A DNA stretch of 64,000 nucleotides from the sequence record OZ195776.1; one strand, written 5' to 3'. The notes below the pieces were generated by a model. The model did not search any database, was not told the origin of the DNA, and saw only the letters and a program-made list of their open reading frames with translations. This document shows positions 54,726-64,000 of this stretch, one piece after another. Position numbers and translations under genes: made by a program. Numbering within the stretch: the stretch's first letter is position 1; every line of letters starts with the position of its first letter.

Positions 54726-55411
54726 TGTCAAGTAAAGCAGTACAAAGCACTCGTGTCATTTCAAACGAAGCGAGTGCGAAACAATTTAACCAAGATACGG
54801 TGTCGGATGCGACGCTATATCCTGGTAACCGATACAACTTTAGAGGAGCCGTTTTAGGCGACTCTACGGTTGATGAGATTCGTAACGGTGGTTGGTCACC
54901 AAACGCTCAATCAGCTCTAATGCAATTAGCAATGGCGTCTGTATTACCAGTTGGTAGTTTGTTGATGTCAACTGACGCAACCAACCCGTTTAACACTGAG
55001 CAATTTCAAGAAACGATTACGTTCGGCGGCAGCTCTACTGTAACATACATTGAATTGTACAATGTGTCAATTGAAGTTGCTGTTGGCGATGCAGGTAATG
55101 ATGTGGCAGCAAAGGCGTTCGATGCGCTCATCGCTACTGATTTGTTTGACATCGATCCAGGTGATTACACACCTGGTACCGCTACGTTTATTTTGAAACA
55201 CAAATCGTCACGTCCGCATGCTACGCAATACACTAGCGTACCAACGGTCATCGTTAATCCGGATGGTACCAACACTGGCATTACGGCAGAGACGACTATT
55301 ACTGGTGCATCGGACGGAGAGTTCTCGGTAGGATATGGAGTTTGGAGCTTGTTTCATACCGACACTTCGACGTTCCCTGCGCCTGTATACTACTATCAAA
55401 GGACTTCGTAA
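54725..55411 (+). CDS. 11: baseplate wedge gp11
   Basis: GAVLGDSTVDEIRNG..PNAQSAL; position after 10. Confidence 0.8.
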   Translation: MSSKAVQSTRVISNEASAKQFNQDTVSDATLYPGNRYNFRGAVLGDSTVDEIRNGGWSPNAQSALMQLAMASVLPVGSLLMSTDATNPFNTEQFQETITFGGSSTVTYIELYNVSIEVAVGDAGNDVAAKAFDALIATDLFDIDPGDYTPGTATFILKHKSSRPHATQYTSVPTVIVNPDGTNTGITAETTITGASDGEFSVGYGVWSLFHTDTSTFPAPVYYYQRTS

Positions 55412-57001
55412 ATGGCTGGAGAAGGCACCAACACAATTGGGCACGTAAGAGACGGTGCCCAGTATATCACACTTACGCCGTTCACGTCAGCAGGCAAGGC
55501 ATTCGAAGCTGGTGGTGATGTGCAAAGCATAATGGAGCGATTCGTTCCATCATCGTTGGAGCCGTATCCTGTACCAGGTGATTCGAACTTCCGCGAAGCT
55601 GGTTTTGTACGCATCGCAACTGTAGCTGAGGCAGTCGCTCGCGAATCGGTTACGAGTGTGATGTCACCAAAGAAGTTAAACGATTTGAAGCTGGCGATAT
55701 CACCCCCGCCAGCTAACTCATACGGATTTCCTAGATTAGTATCTGCCGGTGATTTGGATCGTGATTACGCAACATCTGATGGCGAAAAGACAATCCCTTG
55801 GAGTCGTTTGTGGGACCTTCGAGGAACTCGACCTGCGATTACAGATGATTCTGGTAATGATTCTGGCATCGGTGGTACGCCATCTCTAGCTGGATTTACT
55901 CGACTAGCAAATACATCAGAATCGCTGACGTACGCGACCAACCTATCAATTAGCCCTCGTAATACTTGGGCATTGGTAAATCAAGAAATTCTAACTCGTT
56001 GGAATGACGCTCTTGAGACGGACACTGGTATTATTCGAGGTATTGCTCCAGGCGATGCAAGAAAAGCGGACGTTAGCATTGGATTGACAAACCGAGGTTT
56101 GGATTACATGCGCGCTACGCCATCAATCAAATCTCCATTTTATCTTCCAGACAATAACGTTGATCGAGAAGACCCACTAGCAGATCAAACCGCGATTACT
56201 CCTGGAACAATCAGCACAATTCAAGCAACAGATACGATGTACGGGTTTGCTTCGCTAGCACCAACGCTTGATACAAGAACAGACACCACCGTTACGGCGG
56301 CTCAAGGTGTTGAGTTGGATAAATTGCTGGGTGTGAATGGTGGACGCATTACAGGCGTTCTGAGAGCGGATGAACTGCGTGCGACTTATGTAGTTGCAGA
56401 GCGTGAATATCTACCTGGTGGTGGATATCATTACGTAAATCGCAAATACGACAAATTGGTATTTCCGAACGCGCAACTGGATTCAGATATCGGACTAGAA
56501 GGTCGTCCTGTTGGTAGTTTGTATATGACTACGAATAGTCATAATCCTTCATCGGTGTTTGGCGGAAGTTGGGTGAAAATTCAAGGTCGAACGCCACTAG
56601 GTGCTGGTACTGGTGCTGTAAGTTACGGTAGTAGCCGACCAACAGACCGTCGTTCTTTCCAATCCGGTCATACTGGAGGAGATGTTCGCGTTCGCGTTAC
56701 TGAATCCCAAATCCCAAGTCACAAGCACGCTGGTTGGGGAGAAACGTATTCATCGAGAAACACAAACGAGTGTATTCGTTGGAATTACAAGCCAGGACCT
56801 TATGGTGGATATCGCCAATGTCTTCAATATAAGACAGAGGGTGTGTGGCGATGGGGTCAACAAGGTGGTCGTAATCATATCGGCATGGGTCGTACTGATC
56901 ACGATAATTACCTGTATTACAATGAACCAGTAGGTGGCGGTCAATCGCATGAAAATATGCAGCCGTACTACGTAGTAAACATTTGGAGACGCACACGATG
57001 A
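55412..57001 (+). CDS. 12: short tail fibre gp12, copy 1
   Basis: GFVRIATVAEA repeats, collar motif PVGSLYM, HKHAGWGE tip, HENMQPY. Confidence 0.85.
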   Translation: MAGEGTNTIGHVRDGAQYITLTPFTSAGKAFEAGGDVQSIMERFVPSSLEPYPVPGDSNFREAGFVRIATVAEAVARESVTSVMSPKKLNDLKLAISPPPANSYGFPRLVSAGDLDRDYATSDGEKTIPWSRLWDLRGTRPAITDDSGNDSGIGGTPSLAGFTRLANTSESLTYATNLSISPRNTWALVNQEILTRWNDALETDTGIIRGIAPGDARKADVSIGLTNRGLDYMRATPSIKSPFYLPDNNVDREDPLADQTAITPGTISTIQATDTMYGFASLAPTLDTRTDTTVTAAQGVELDKLLGVNGGRITGVLRADELRATYVVAEREYLPGGGYHYVNRKYDKLVFPNAQLDSDIGLEGRPVGSLYMTTNSHNPSSVFGGSWVKIQGRTPLGAGTGAVSYGSSRPTDRRSFQSGHTGGDVRVRVTESQIPSHKHAGWGETYSSRNTNECIRWNYKPGPYGGYRQCLQYKTEGVWRWGQQGGRNHIGMGRTDHDNYLYYNEPVGGGQSHENMQPYYVVNIWRRTR

Positions 57002-58419
57002 AAGGTACTACCATATTCAGTCACGTCATTGACGACGCGAGTACGGTAACAGTTGACCTTGAACAAACAGCATTTAACGGACTGACTGCAGATAATACAC
57101 TGCAGTCGTGTTTGGAACTTATCGATGTTCACGCAACAACTGGTATTCCACCTTGGCCAATTGCAGATGAAAGCACAGCGGGTGTTTCTCGTCACGCAAC
57201 AAACGCCGAAGCGTTGGATACAACAAACGATTCGCAATCAATTACACCAATGACGTTAGACTATTGGTTTTCGCAACTTGGCATTGCATCTGAAGTGGCT
57301 CACGGTACTGTGCAGCTTATCACAGAGGATAGCATAGACAATGGAAATCCAACAGACTCAACGGAGGAAGCGACTAATCACGCGTTCACGTTAAAAACAT
57401 TAAACTACGCATTAAACACGAAGTTTTATTCAAATGAGACAACTGCTGGTGTTGTTCGATACGCAACTCAAGCTCAAGCTGAGACAGTGGGTACGTTATC
57501 GAAAACCGTGGCTATGACCCCAGAACGCACCAAACAGATGATTGATGTTTGGGGTAACAGTTCCGCGTCGAGTGCATCGGAAACAGCCAAAGGGTTGATT
57601 CAATTAGCTAACGCAACTACAGTAAATGACACATCGTCATCTTCACAATTGTTGGCGATTTCGCCGTATCGATTTAATTCTCGTACAGCAACTACGTCTC
57701 GTAAAGCAGGGTTCTACTTGCCAACCGCGTCAGTTGCGAATGCTAGAACATCTAATGAGCATGCAGTAACGGTAGGTACATTGGATTTGTTCGCGGCGAC
57801 CACATCTCGCGTCGGAGCGATTAAGCTGATTGACAATTTAACAACCAATGATGCTACTGCTGGATTGACAGCAAATATGGGCAAATGGTTGAACGAGAAC
57901 AAGATTGGCGAAGCTGGTGGTACAGTAAACGGTAGACTTTACATCAACGATGTAAACTCGATTGGTAACGTACCGGTAATGCGAAGTGGTCGAGTACAAT
58001 CAACCGCAATGTTGAACATGTATCCAGTTGGTGCAGTTTACATGTCTTTGTCAAGCACAAGTCCATCTACGTTGTTTGGTGGATCTTGGACTCGAATGGC
58101 TCAAGGTCGAGTACTTGTAGGACAAGGAACGCTTCAAGGACGTACGTTTAATGTACGCCAAACTGGCGGTGAGTATGAGGTTGTTTTAACCGAGGCTACT
58201 ATGCCATCTCATAAACATGCTGGTTGGGGTGAGCACCATTGGTATAATGGTAAAGGTCTTGGATTCGGCGTTGCTACTCAATATGGTCGTGGTAATATCG
58301 GATCGAGGAAAACCGACTCGGATAACTATCTGTATTACAGTGAACCGAAAGGTGGAAGCGGCGCTCACAATAATATTCAACCATATTTGGTTGTGTATAT
58401 GTGGGAAAGAACTGCTTAA
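56998..58419 (+). CDS. 12: short tail fibre gp12, copy 2
   Basis: HVIDDA, GVVRYATQAQA repeats, YPVGAVY, HKHAGWGE, HNNIQPY. Confidence 0.85.
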   Translation: MKGTTIFSHVIDDASTVTVDLEQTAFNGLTADNTLQSCLELIDVHATTGIPPWPIADESTAGVSRHATNAEALDTTNDSQSITPMTLDYWFSQLGIASEVAHGTVQLITEDSIDNGNPTDSTEEATNHAFTLKTLNYALNTKFYSNETTAGVVRYATQAQAETVGTLSKTVAMTPERTKQMIDVWGNSSASSASETAKGLIQLANATTVNDTSSSSQLLAISPYRFNSRTATTSRKAGFYLPTASVANARTSNEHAVTVGTLDLFAATTSRVGAIKLIDNLTTNDATAGLTANMGKWLNENKIGEAGGTVNGRLYINDVNSIGNVPVMRSGRVQSTAMLNMYPVGAVYMSLSSTSPSTLFGGSWTRMAQGRVLVGQGTLQGRTFNVRQTGGEYEVVLTEATMPSHKHAGWGEHHWYNGKGLGFGVATQYGRGNIGSRKTDSDNYLYYSEPKGGSGAHNNIQPYLVVYMWERTA

Positions 58420-58422
58420 TAA

Positions 58423-58448
58423 GAAGCTCGCAATTGCGGGCTTTTCCT
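58423..58448 (+). terminator. intrinsic terminator
   Basis: AAGCTCGC-AATT-GCGGGCTTTT. Confidence 0.75.
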
Positions 58449-58489
58449 TTATGCGTTCTAAATAGGACATCATAACTAAGGAAACAGAC

Positions 58490-59806
58490 ATGGAAATTTA
58501 TGCAATCGTAAAGCCAGTCATTCAAGAATTACGTTATGTGAACGGAACACCAGATCCAAACCAGCGTCCTGACCAAGTTCGAATCAACTGGATTAAAAAT
58601 GGTGACCCAATCACAGGCGCAACTGGCGACACCGTTTCGGACGGGGCACTAAACCGACCATCGACGGAACTACAAGAAAACATCCTAACTACTCACAACA
58701 ACACAAAAGCTCAACAAACAATCATCAGCGAACTGGTTGATACTGTGAATGAGCTGACTGGTGGCAATGAGGTTGACTTCGGTACGCGTATCACTGCAAA
58801 CGAAGACGATATTTTAGCGCTACAAGAAAACGTTGTTGATATCGACCTTCGATTAGGTAAACCGGAAGATACTACTGCTCCTGATACTCCAGTTCCAGCA
58901 TCTGGTTTATTCTTGCGCATGGCTAATGTTGAAACGAATGTTGGTATTCGTAATTCTGGCGATTTGCGCAACCCAACATCTCACTCTGAAAGCAAGTGGG
59001 ACGACGCGTGGTTCATCAAAGAGCAGCTAATCGGTCAACGTCGTGGTATGGATCCTAACGGAAACATCGCACCAGGTACAAATCCGACTGGTATTCACGC
59101 AAACATCGATTCAATGTCTCAGCTAGTTACGGGCATACGTACTGATGTTGGTACCGCTGATGGATCGGGTTCGTTATTCCTTCGTGTAAAGGCGTTAGAA
59201 GATAGCTCGGCGGTTGGTGATGTAACTCAGATTCGTACCGAAATTGGCCAAACAGGCGATGCTACGGCCGATACAATCTACACCCGATTGACAAACCTAG
59301 AAACAGATACAAGCGATCTGGATACTGATTTAACTGCGCTGACTGCTACCGTAACAACACCAACAACTGGATTGGTCGACGTGGTTGCAAGTCACACTAC
59401 TGAGATTGGTACATTACAAACGTCAGCAAATGACAATACGAACACGATTACCACAGTCCAGCAAGATATCGGTAACTACGATTCGGGCGATGCTTACGCT
59501 GGTACCATCAAAGCACGCTTGTCTGCTTTTGACACGGGTCATACTGATTTGTGGAACGTTGTAGGGCGTACAGCAGGTGATACTGGTACGTTGAACCAAA
59601 AAGTAAGCTCGATTGAAACTCAATTGGGTGCACAAGCTGGTACAGATCCAAATACATTGTGGTGGTACGGCATCAATCACGATAGTGCAATTGGTACTCT
59701 AACAAACCGCACAGACACTTCCGGATTGACCGGATTGACTGATAACTCATCGTTGCTGACTTCATTGCAAGAAATCATCGATCGTATCATTGCCTTAGAA
59801 CCGTAA
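58490..59806 (+). CDS. wac: fibritin (neck whiskers)
   Basis: LRYVNGTP..QVRINWIKNGD..GALNRPS; segmented coiled coil. Confidence 0.9.
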   Translation: MEIYAIVKPVIQELRYVNGTPDPNQRPDQVRINWIKNGDPITGATGDTVSDGALNRPSTELQENILTTHNNTKAQQTIISELVDTVNELTGGNEVDFGTRITANEDDILALQENVVDIDLRLGKPEDTTAPDTPVPASGLFLRMANVETNVGIRNSGDLRNPTSHSESKWDDAWFIKEQLIGQRRGMDPNGNIAPGTNPTGIHANIDSMSQLVTGIRTDVGTADGSGSLFLRVKALEDSSAVGDVTQIRTEIGQTGDATADTIYTRLTNLETDTSDLDTDLTALTATVTTPTTGLVDVVASHTTEIGTLQTSANDNTNTITTVQQDIGNYDSGDAYAGTIKARLSAFDTGHTDLWNVVGRTAGDTGTLNQKVSSIETQLGAQAGTDPNTLWWYGINHDSAIGTLTNRTDTSGLTGLTDNSSLLTSLQEIIDRIIALEP

Positions 59807-59818
59807 TAGGAGAGTAAT

Positions 59819-60736
59819 ATGCAAATGTACAGCGCTTCATCTCCAAAAGAGTTGAAAGATTTAATCTTGCGTCGTTTGGGCGCTCCTGTTATCAACATCG
59901 AAGTGACCGAAGATCAAGTTTACGATTGCGTTTCGCGCGCAATTGAGCTGTTCATTGATTACCATCCTGACGGATTGCGCAAAACGTTTTCCGTCATTCG
60001 GCTTACCGAAGAACAAGCTGCGTCAGGCATCATCCAATTGGATCTGCCTGCGCACTCAGTAACAAGTTTACTTCGTTCTGGTAGTACGTTTTGGACAATG
60101 GACGGCAACGCGACATACACATGGTTTAACGACTTTCTTCAAGGGTTGACTGGCAACTCATCGGGATGTAATAGCTATTATCCTGGTATGCTGGGTCAAG
60201 GTGACCTGAGTTCATATTGGCAATTAATGTCATACAAGAATACGATGATGGATATGCTTCAGCCTGTTCATGATTATTTCTTTGACGCGACCAATAACAT
60301 GGTTCGCATTAACGGTAATCTGATTACAGATGAGTACATCATCCTAGAATGTTATGTTCCAACAGCAATGCTTGTGCAAGAATCGGGTACTGGTATTGTA
60401 GGCAATCGCGCAGCTACTGTGGGTTCGTTAGAAAGTGTAACAGATGCAAATGCTTGGGATGACCCTTATTCGGCGTTGAAAATGGGTAACTTTGTTGGTA
60501 ATCCAGAATTGTACGCTCCGCAAGGTGTCTACAACATTCGTTGGGTGAAGGACATGGCAACCGCATTCGTTAAGCAAGTAAACGGCACGATTCTGAAAAA
60601 GCACCAAGGTATGCAATTGCCAGGTGGCACGACTGTAGATGGCCAAACCATTTACCAAGAAGCAACCGAAGAGATTGCGATGCTTCGTGAAGAATTGATG
60701 AATTTGATTACACCACTTCCAATCCTTTACGGATAA
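59819..60736 (+). CDS. 13: neck protein gp13
   Basis: SPKELKDLILRRLGAPVINIEVTEDQ, WVKDMATA..LPGG..DG. Confidence 0.95.
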   Translation: MQMYSASSPKELKDLILRRLGAPVINIEVTEDQVYDCVSRAIELFIDYHPDGLRKTFSVIRLTEEQAASGIIQLDLPAHSVTSLLRSGSTFWTMDGNATYTWFNDFLQGLTGNSSGCNSYYPGMLGQGDLSSYWQLMSYKNTMMDMLQPVHDYFFDATNNMVRINGNLITDEYIILECYVPTAMLVQESGTGIVGNRAATVGSLESVTDANAWDDPYSALKMGNFVGNPELYAPQGVYNIRWVKDMATAFVKQVNGTILKKHQGMQLPGGTTVDGQTIYQEATEEIAMLREELMNLITPLPILYG

Positions 60737-60745
60737 GGGGCTAAC

Positions 60746-61576
60746 ATGTCAGATTCTTATCAGACCGCTAGTGGCGGTCTGTTTGCGCAACTCGAAGGAC
60801 AAACTGGGTATGGTTCGACGTACAATAACGATACGACGAATCCGTATTTCTCATGGATGACCAATACAAGTGTGCAACAACTACAAGACGTGATGGTAGC
60901 AGAGGCTGTCCAGGCTCGTGGTATCGAAGTTCTTTACATTCGAAGAGAAATGGCGAAGCCTGATTTGGTATTTGGTGAAGATCCATTGAGTGCGTTTAAG
61001 AAAAGTTATCGTATTTCCGTCTACATCGACTCGTTTGATGGCTGGGATGGAGATGGGGATTGGTACAGTAAATTTGGATTCCAAGTTGATGATGAATTGA
61101 ACGTCACTACCAACGATAATCTATTCAAAACGCAAGCCGATGGCAAAGGCGTTACCATGGGCGATTTGGTATACTTCCCGTTATCACAAGCGCTATTCGA
61201 AATCAACTGGGTGGAGACTGATGATCCGCTATTCTCGATGGGTGCATTGCCAATGAGAAAGATCAAGCTAACTCGCTTTGTATACTCTGGTGAAGAGATC
61301 GCAGTCGAACAACCTGCATCATACATCGATACAATTGATGATATTATGGGTGGTGCTGTTGAAGACGAAGATATTCAGATTATAAACAACCTTGATAAAC
61401 AATGGGACATCCTTACTCAACCAGGTGCGGAAGTTGACCAAATTCAAGACGAAGTTGATGCATTTTACGAAGGCGAACAGGTGGTTCCTAATGGCTCTGA
61501 TGTTATTCCGCCACCTCCTGCAAGTAAAATGCCAGGTCTTCGTAAGCAAAATGCAACGATGACCACCAACTTGTAA
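60746..61576 (+). CDS. 14: neck protein gp14
   Basis: EAVQARGIEVLYIRRE, SKFGFQVDDE, GDLVYFP..LFEINWVE. Confidence 0.95.
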   Translation: MSDSYQTASGGLFAQLEGQTGYGSTYNNDTTNPYFSWMTNTSVQQLQDVMVAEAVQARGIEVLYIRREMAKPDLVFGEDPLSAFKKSYRISVYIDSFDGWDGDGDWYSKFGFQVDDELNVTTNDNLFKTQADGKGVTMGDLVYFPLSQALFEINWVETDDPLFSMGALPMRKIKLTRFVYSGEEIAVEQPASYIDTIDDIMGGAVEDEDIQIINNLDKQWDILTQPGAEVDQIQDEVDAFYEGEQVVPNGSDVIPPPPASKMPGLRKQNATMTTNL

Positions 61577-61586
61577 GGAGATTAAC

Positions 61587-62831
61587 ATGCTGGGTGGATA
61601 TTTCTACCACAAGTCGTTAAGAAAGTACACTCTCCTGTTGGGAAATTTGTTTTCAAATATCTACGTATCTCGTGGTGAAAACTATCAGCGAGTGCCGATT
61701 ACTGTTACATCAAAGGAACGATTTGTAGCAGCTCTCAACAGCCGAGAATACTCCGACGATAAGGTGGCTCGTGTAGCCACCATTTTGCCGCGTATTGGCA
61801 TACAAATGACGTCAATGACATACGACGCAACACGAAAGACTAACGTTTCAAATAGACGCAACGTGTCTGATTTATCAGCAGGTCGTCCACAATTGAATAC
61901 GTTGTTCAATCCTGTTCCGTACGATATTGAATTTGATGTTACGGTTTACACGCGTCATCAGGATGATGCGTATCAAATCATCGAGCAGATAGTGCCGTAT
62001 TTCCAACCGGCATTTAACACGATGATCAAAGAGCTTGATGAGAATGAAGTGGTCATAGACCAACGAGACATTCCAATCTTGCTTGAATCGGTAACACCAG
62101 ATGAAGATTTGGAAGGCGCTGCTAACGAGTCTCGTCACATTGAGTGGAACTTGTCGTTAAGGCTTAAAGGATGGTTATATCCACCAACGAATGCTCAGTT
62201 TGGCGAAATCCGAACCATTTACCTAAACTTTGAAGATGAAGAACAGGTAATCATAGCAGCAGATCGCGAAGCGGTAACATCATCGATCACGATGCAATGG
62301 AACACGCAGCGTAAAATGTTCGCACCATCAACTCTTGAGTTCGATTGGCGATACAGTACAGATGCTTCTACTATGGAAGTTGATTGGACAACTAGGAACT
62401 TTACTGACAACTCATTCAGACTTGACTACATGGTTCGACAAGATTCTATTCAATCTGATTACGAAACGTCTTACAGCGTAAGAACGACATCAGTATCAGA
62501 CATTGAGTTACAATGGAAAGTGTTCAACATATCCACAATTGGAACTATGGAACTGGAATGGCAAGTTAGAACAGATTCGTTGATTGGAACTATGGAACTG
62601 GATTGGAATACGAGATCGTACGCGACGAGCACGTTCGGAGCAGATTGGACCGTATTTAACCGCATTAATAGCTCAAATCTTGAATTTGATTGGAAAGTAA
62701 CGCAATTTGCATCAACTGATGTGGAACTGGAATGGCAAACTCGTTCGGGTGCTGAAACTGACCTAGAAGTCGATTGGAGCGTTCGTGATTCTATTGCGGT
62801 ACCGTACGGAAACAACTGGGTAGTTGAATAA
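61587..62831 (+). CDS. 15: tail sheath stabilizer gp15 with repetitive C-terminal extension
   Basis: YFYHKSLRKY..GNLFS, PVPYD, IEQIVPYFQP; about 13 xxxMELxWxxR-type repeats. Confidence 0.9.
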   Translation: MLGGYFYHKSLRKYTLLLGNLFSNIYVSRGENYQRVPITVTSKERFVAALNSREYSDDKVARVATILPRIGIQMTSMTYDATRKTNVSNRRNVSDLSAGRPQLNTLFNPVPYDIEFDVTVYTRHQDDAYQIIEQIVPYFQPAFNTMIKELDENEVVIDQRDIPILLESVTPDEDLEGAANESRHIEWNLSLRLKGWLYPPTNAQFGEIRTIYLNFEDEEQVIIAADREAVTSSITMQWNTQRKMFAPSTLEFDWRYSTDASTMEVDWTTRNFTDNSFRLDYMVRQDSIQSDYETSYSVRTTSVSDIELQWKVFNISTIGTMELEWQVRTDSLIGTMELDWNTRSYATSTFGADWTVFNRINSSNLEFDWKVTQFASTDVELEWQTRSGAETDLEVDWSVRDSIAVPYGNNWVVE

Positions 62832-62865
62832 ATACCCACACTACTTTTAATTTGAGGGAATACAA

Positions 62866-63402
62866 ATGGCTGTAACACCTACAGACTTAAACTACTACAA
62901 GAGCAGCGTAACGAGTACCGTTGGTAACACTAACGGTCGTACGATCGAGTCTCTTGGTGGAGATATCACAAACGATCGTCTGATCACTGGTACTTTCCAC
63001 AACTTATTCGATTCAGTAACGGCGGCGGAGGCCGCCGCTGGTCGAACGGAATATCGATGCATCTACGTTAAAAACGACAATGGCCTTCAAACGCTATACG
63101 ATGCGGTTTTCTGGATCAGCTTGGCTGCTACCGGCGTAGATACGCTAATCGAAATCGCACCAGATCCAGCGGCTGATGATACAACGTCAGCAATTGCGTT
63201 GGTTGATGAAATTGACTCAACTAACCAATTAGCTGGTATTACGAACTGGACACAAGCACCAGATGAAGCGAATGCAATCCAAATTGGCGACTTGCCTGCA
63301 GGTCGTGCAAAAGCTATTTGGGTTCGTCGTGCAATCACTGCTGGCCAACCTGCGCTAACTGATAGCTGTATCTTGTCTATCCGTGGCGATACTGACGCGT
63401 AA
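62866..63402 (+). CDS. hypothetical late (virion) protein
   Basis: ATAAATA upstream; SLGG..NLFD..EA..G.TEYRCIYVKN..WVRR motifs. Confidence 0.75.
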   Translation: MAVTPTDLNYYKSSVTSTVGNTNGRTIESLGGDITNDRLITGTFHNLFDSVTAAEAAAGRTEYRCIYVKNDNGLQTLYDAVFWISLAATGVDTLIEIAPDPAADDTTSAIALVDEIDSTNQLAGITNWTQAPDEANAIQIGDLPAGRAKAIWVRRAITAGQPALTDSCILSIRGDTDA

Positions 63403-63408
63403 TGAATT

Positions 63409-63440
63409 AGCGTCTCAGAGCGATTCTGAGACGCTTTCTT
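63409..63440 (+). terminator. hairpin terminator
   Basis: AGCGTCTCAGA-GCGAT-TCTGAGACGCT followed by T-rich run. Confidence 0.7.
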
Positions 63441-63507
63441 CGTTTCTTACGCATTTGGTTATTGACGATGCTTAAAACGTCGTAGAACCGTATTTTGGAG
63501 TGTATAT

Positions 63508-64000
63508 ATGGATAATTTACAAGAAATGTTATCGGGGCTTACGAATATTGATGAACTGGATATTCCAGGAGCACTCGAAGGTGACCATGAAATAGCGGAA
63601 TACGAACCGCCTAAAATCGTACCGGTCGATAGTAACCCAAGCGACCGCAAGCCAGATTTGCAGCATGATTATAAGACTGCGCGTGAGATGGTGCATTTTC
63701 AGCAAGAGATTTTGAGATTGGCTATGTTGAAGCAGTTTGAGAACGCAACGCAGTGCGATTTGCCGCGTCAAATGGAAGTTCTCGCTACGCTATCAACGCA
63801 GATTACGAACAGTACAAAGCAGCTTTTGGATATTCAGAAGCAAATGAAAGACGTTACGCAGGAACAAGTAACAACTGGACAAGGGAATAACGCAGGAACG
63901 CAGATACAAGCGGATCAGGTGTTTGTTGGGAATCCGAACGATTTCCTAAGTGAAGTGGGTAGCCGACAAGAGCACCTACGTGAGAAAGGTAAAATTATAG
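63508..64000 (+). CDS. 16: terminase small subunit gp16, runs off the window end
   Basis: PSDRKPDLQHDYKTARE..PRQMEVLATL..VFVGNP..L; GGAG SD; not in the ORF track. Confidence 0.9.
   Translation, partial: MDNLQEMLSGLTNIDELDIPGALEGDHEIAEYEPPKIVPVDSNPSDRKPDLQHDYKTAREMVHFQQEILRLAMLKQFENATQCDLPRQMEVLATLSTQITNSTKQLLDIQKQMKDVTQEQVTTGQGNNAGTQIQADQVFVGNPNDFLSEVGSRQEHLREKGKII

Noticed and set aside
1-64000. CRISPR array, DGR or integrase
   Set aside because: No regularly spaced repeat-spacer run, no reverse transcriptase or TR/VR pair, and no recombinase motifs seen.

Overview
Window from a large T4-like myophage, possibly of a marine Vibrionaceae host (inference from gene content). Layout: (1) 0-1.8 kb + strand: an RlmN-like radical SAM gene, a 74-aa tandem-repeat peptide and an asiA homolog. 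(2) 1.8-12.2 kb - strand: two late tail-fibre/adhesin cassettes and a probable holin. (3) 12.3-21.6 kb: early accessory genes including a DUF2828 (TROVE/vWA, Ro60-like) protein, a cyclic-phosphate receiver-like domain and Sir2. (4) 21.9-30.3 kb - strand: 25 intact tRNA genes, one tRNA split by an HNH ORF, and many non-canonical structured RNAs. (5) 30-34 kb: capsid-targeted internal proteins, acb1/57B and 57A. (6) 34-64 kb: tail, baseplate and neck genes (3, 29-like, 26/51, 54, 4, 48, 53, 27-like, 5, 5.1, 5.4, 25, 6-12, wac, 13-15, 16). Strongest novelty candidates: (a) nine copies of a stem + TnCnGCA RNA module carried on tRNA-shaped scaffolds, a circularly permuted YrlA-like RNA, stand-alone hairpins and the leader of the Ro60-like gene, suggesting a phage Ro/Y-RNA-type system; (b) an RlmN-like enzyme lacking both catalytic cysteines, with the AACGQ segment encoded twice on a separate peptide; (c) a textbook attenuator with a 14-amino-acid-type leader peptide upstream of a 19-tRNA block; (d) a -1 frameshift joining gp26 and the gp51 C-terminal domain just before the tape measure gene; (e) an intron-less HNH insertion in the anticodon loop of tRNA-Ile2; (f) a tmRNA-like RNA with a non-Ala acceptor stem. 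All family calls come from motif recognition by eye, not database searches.
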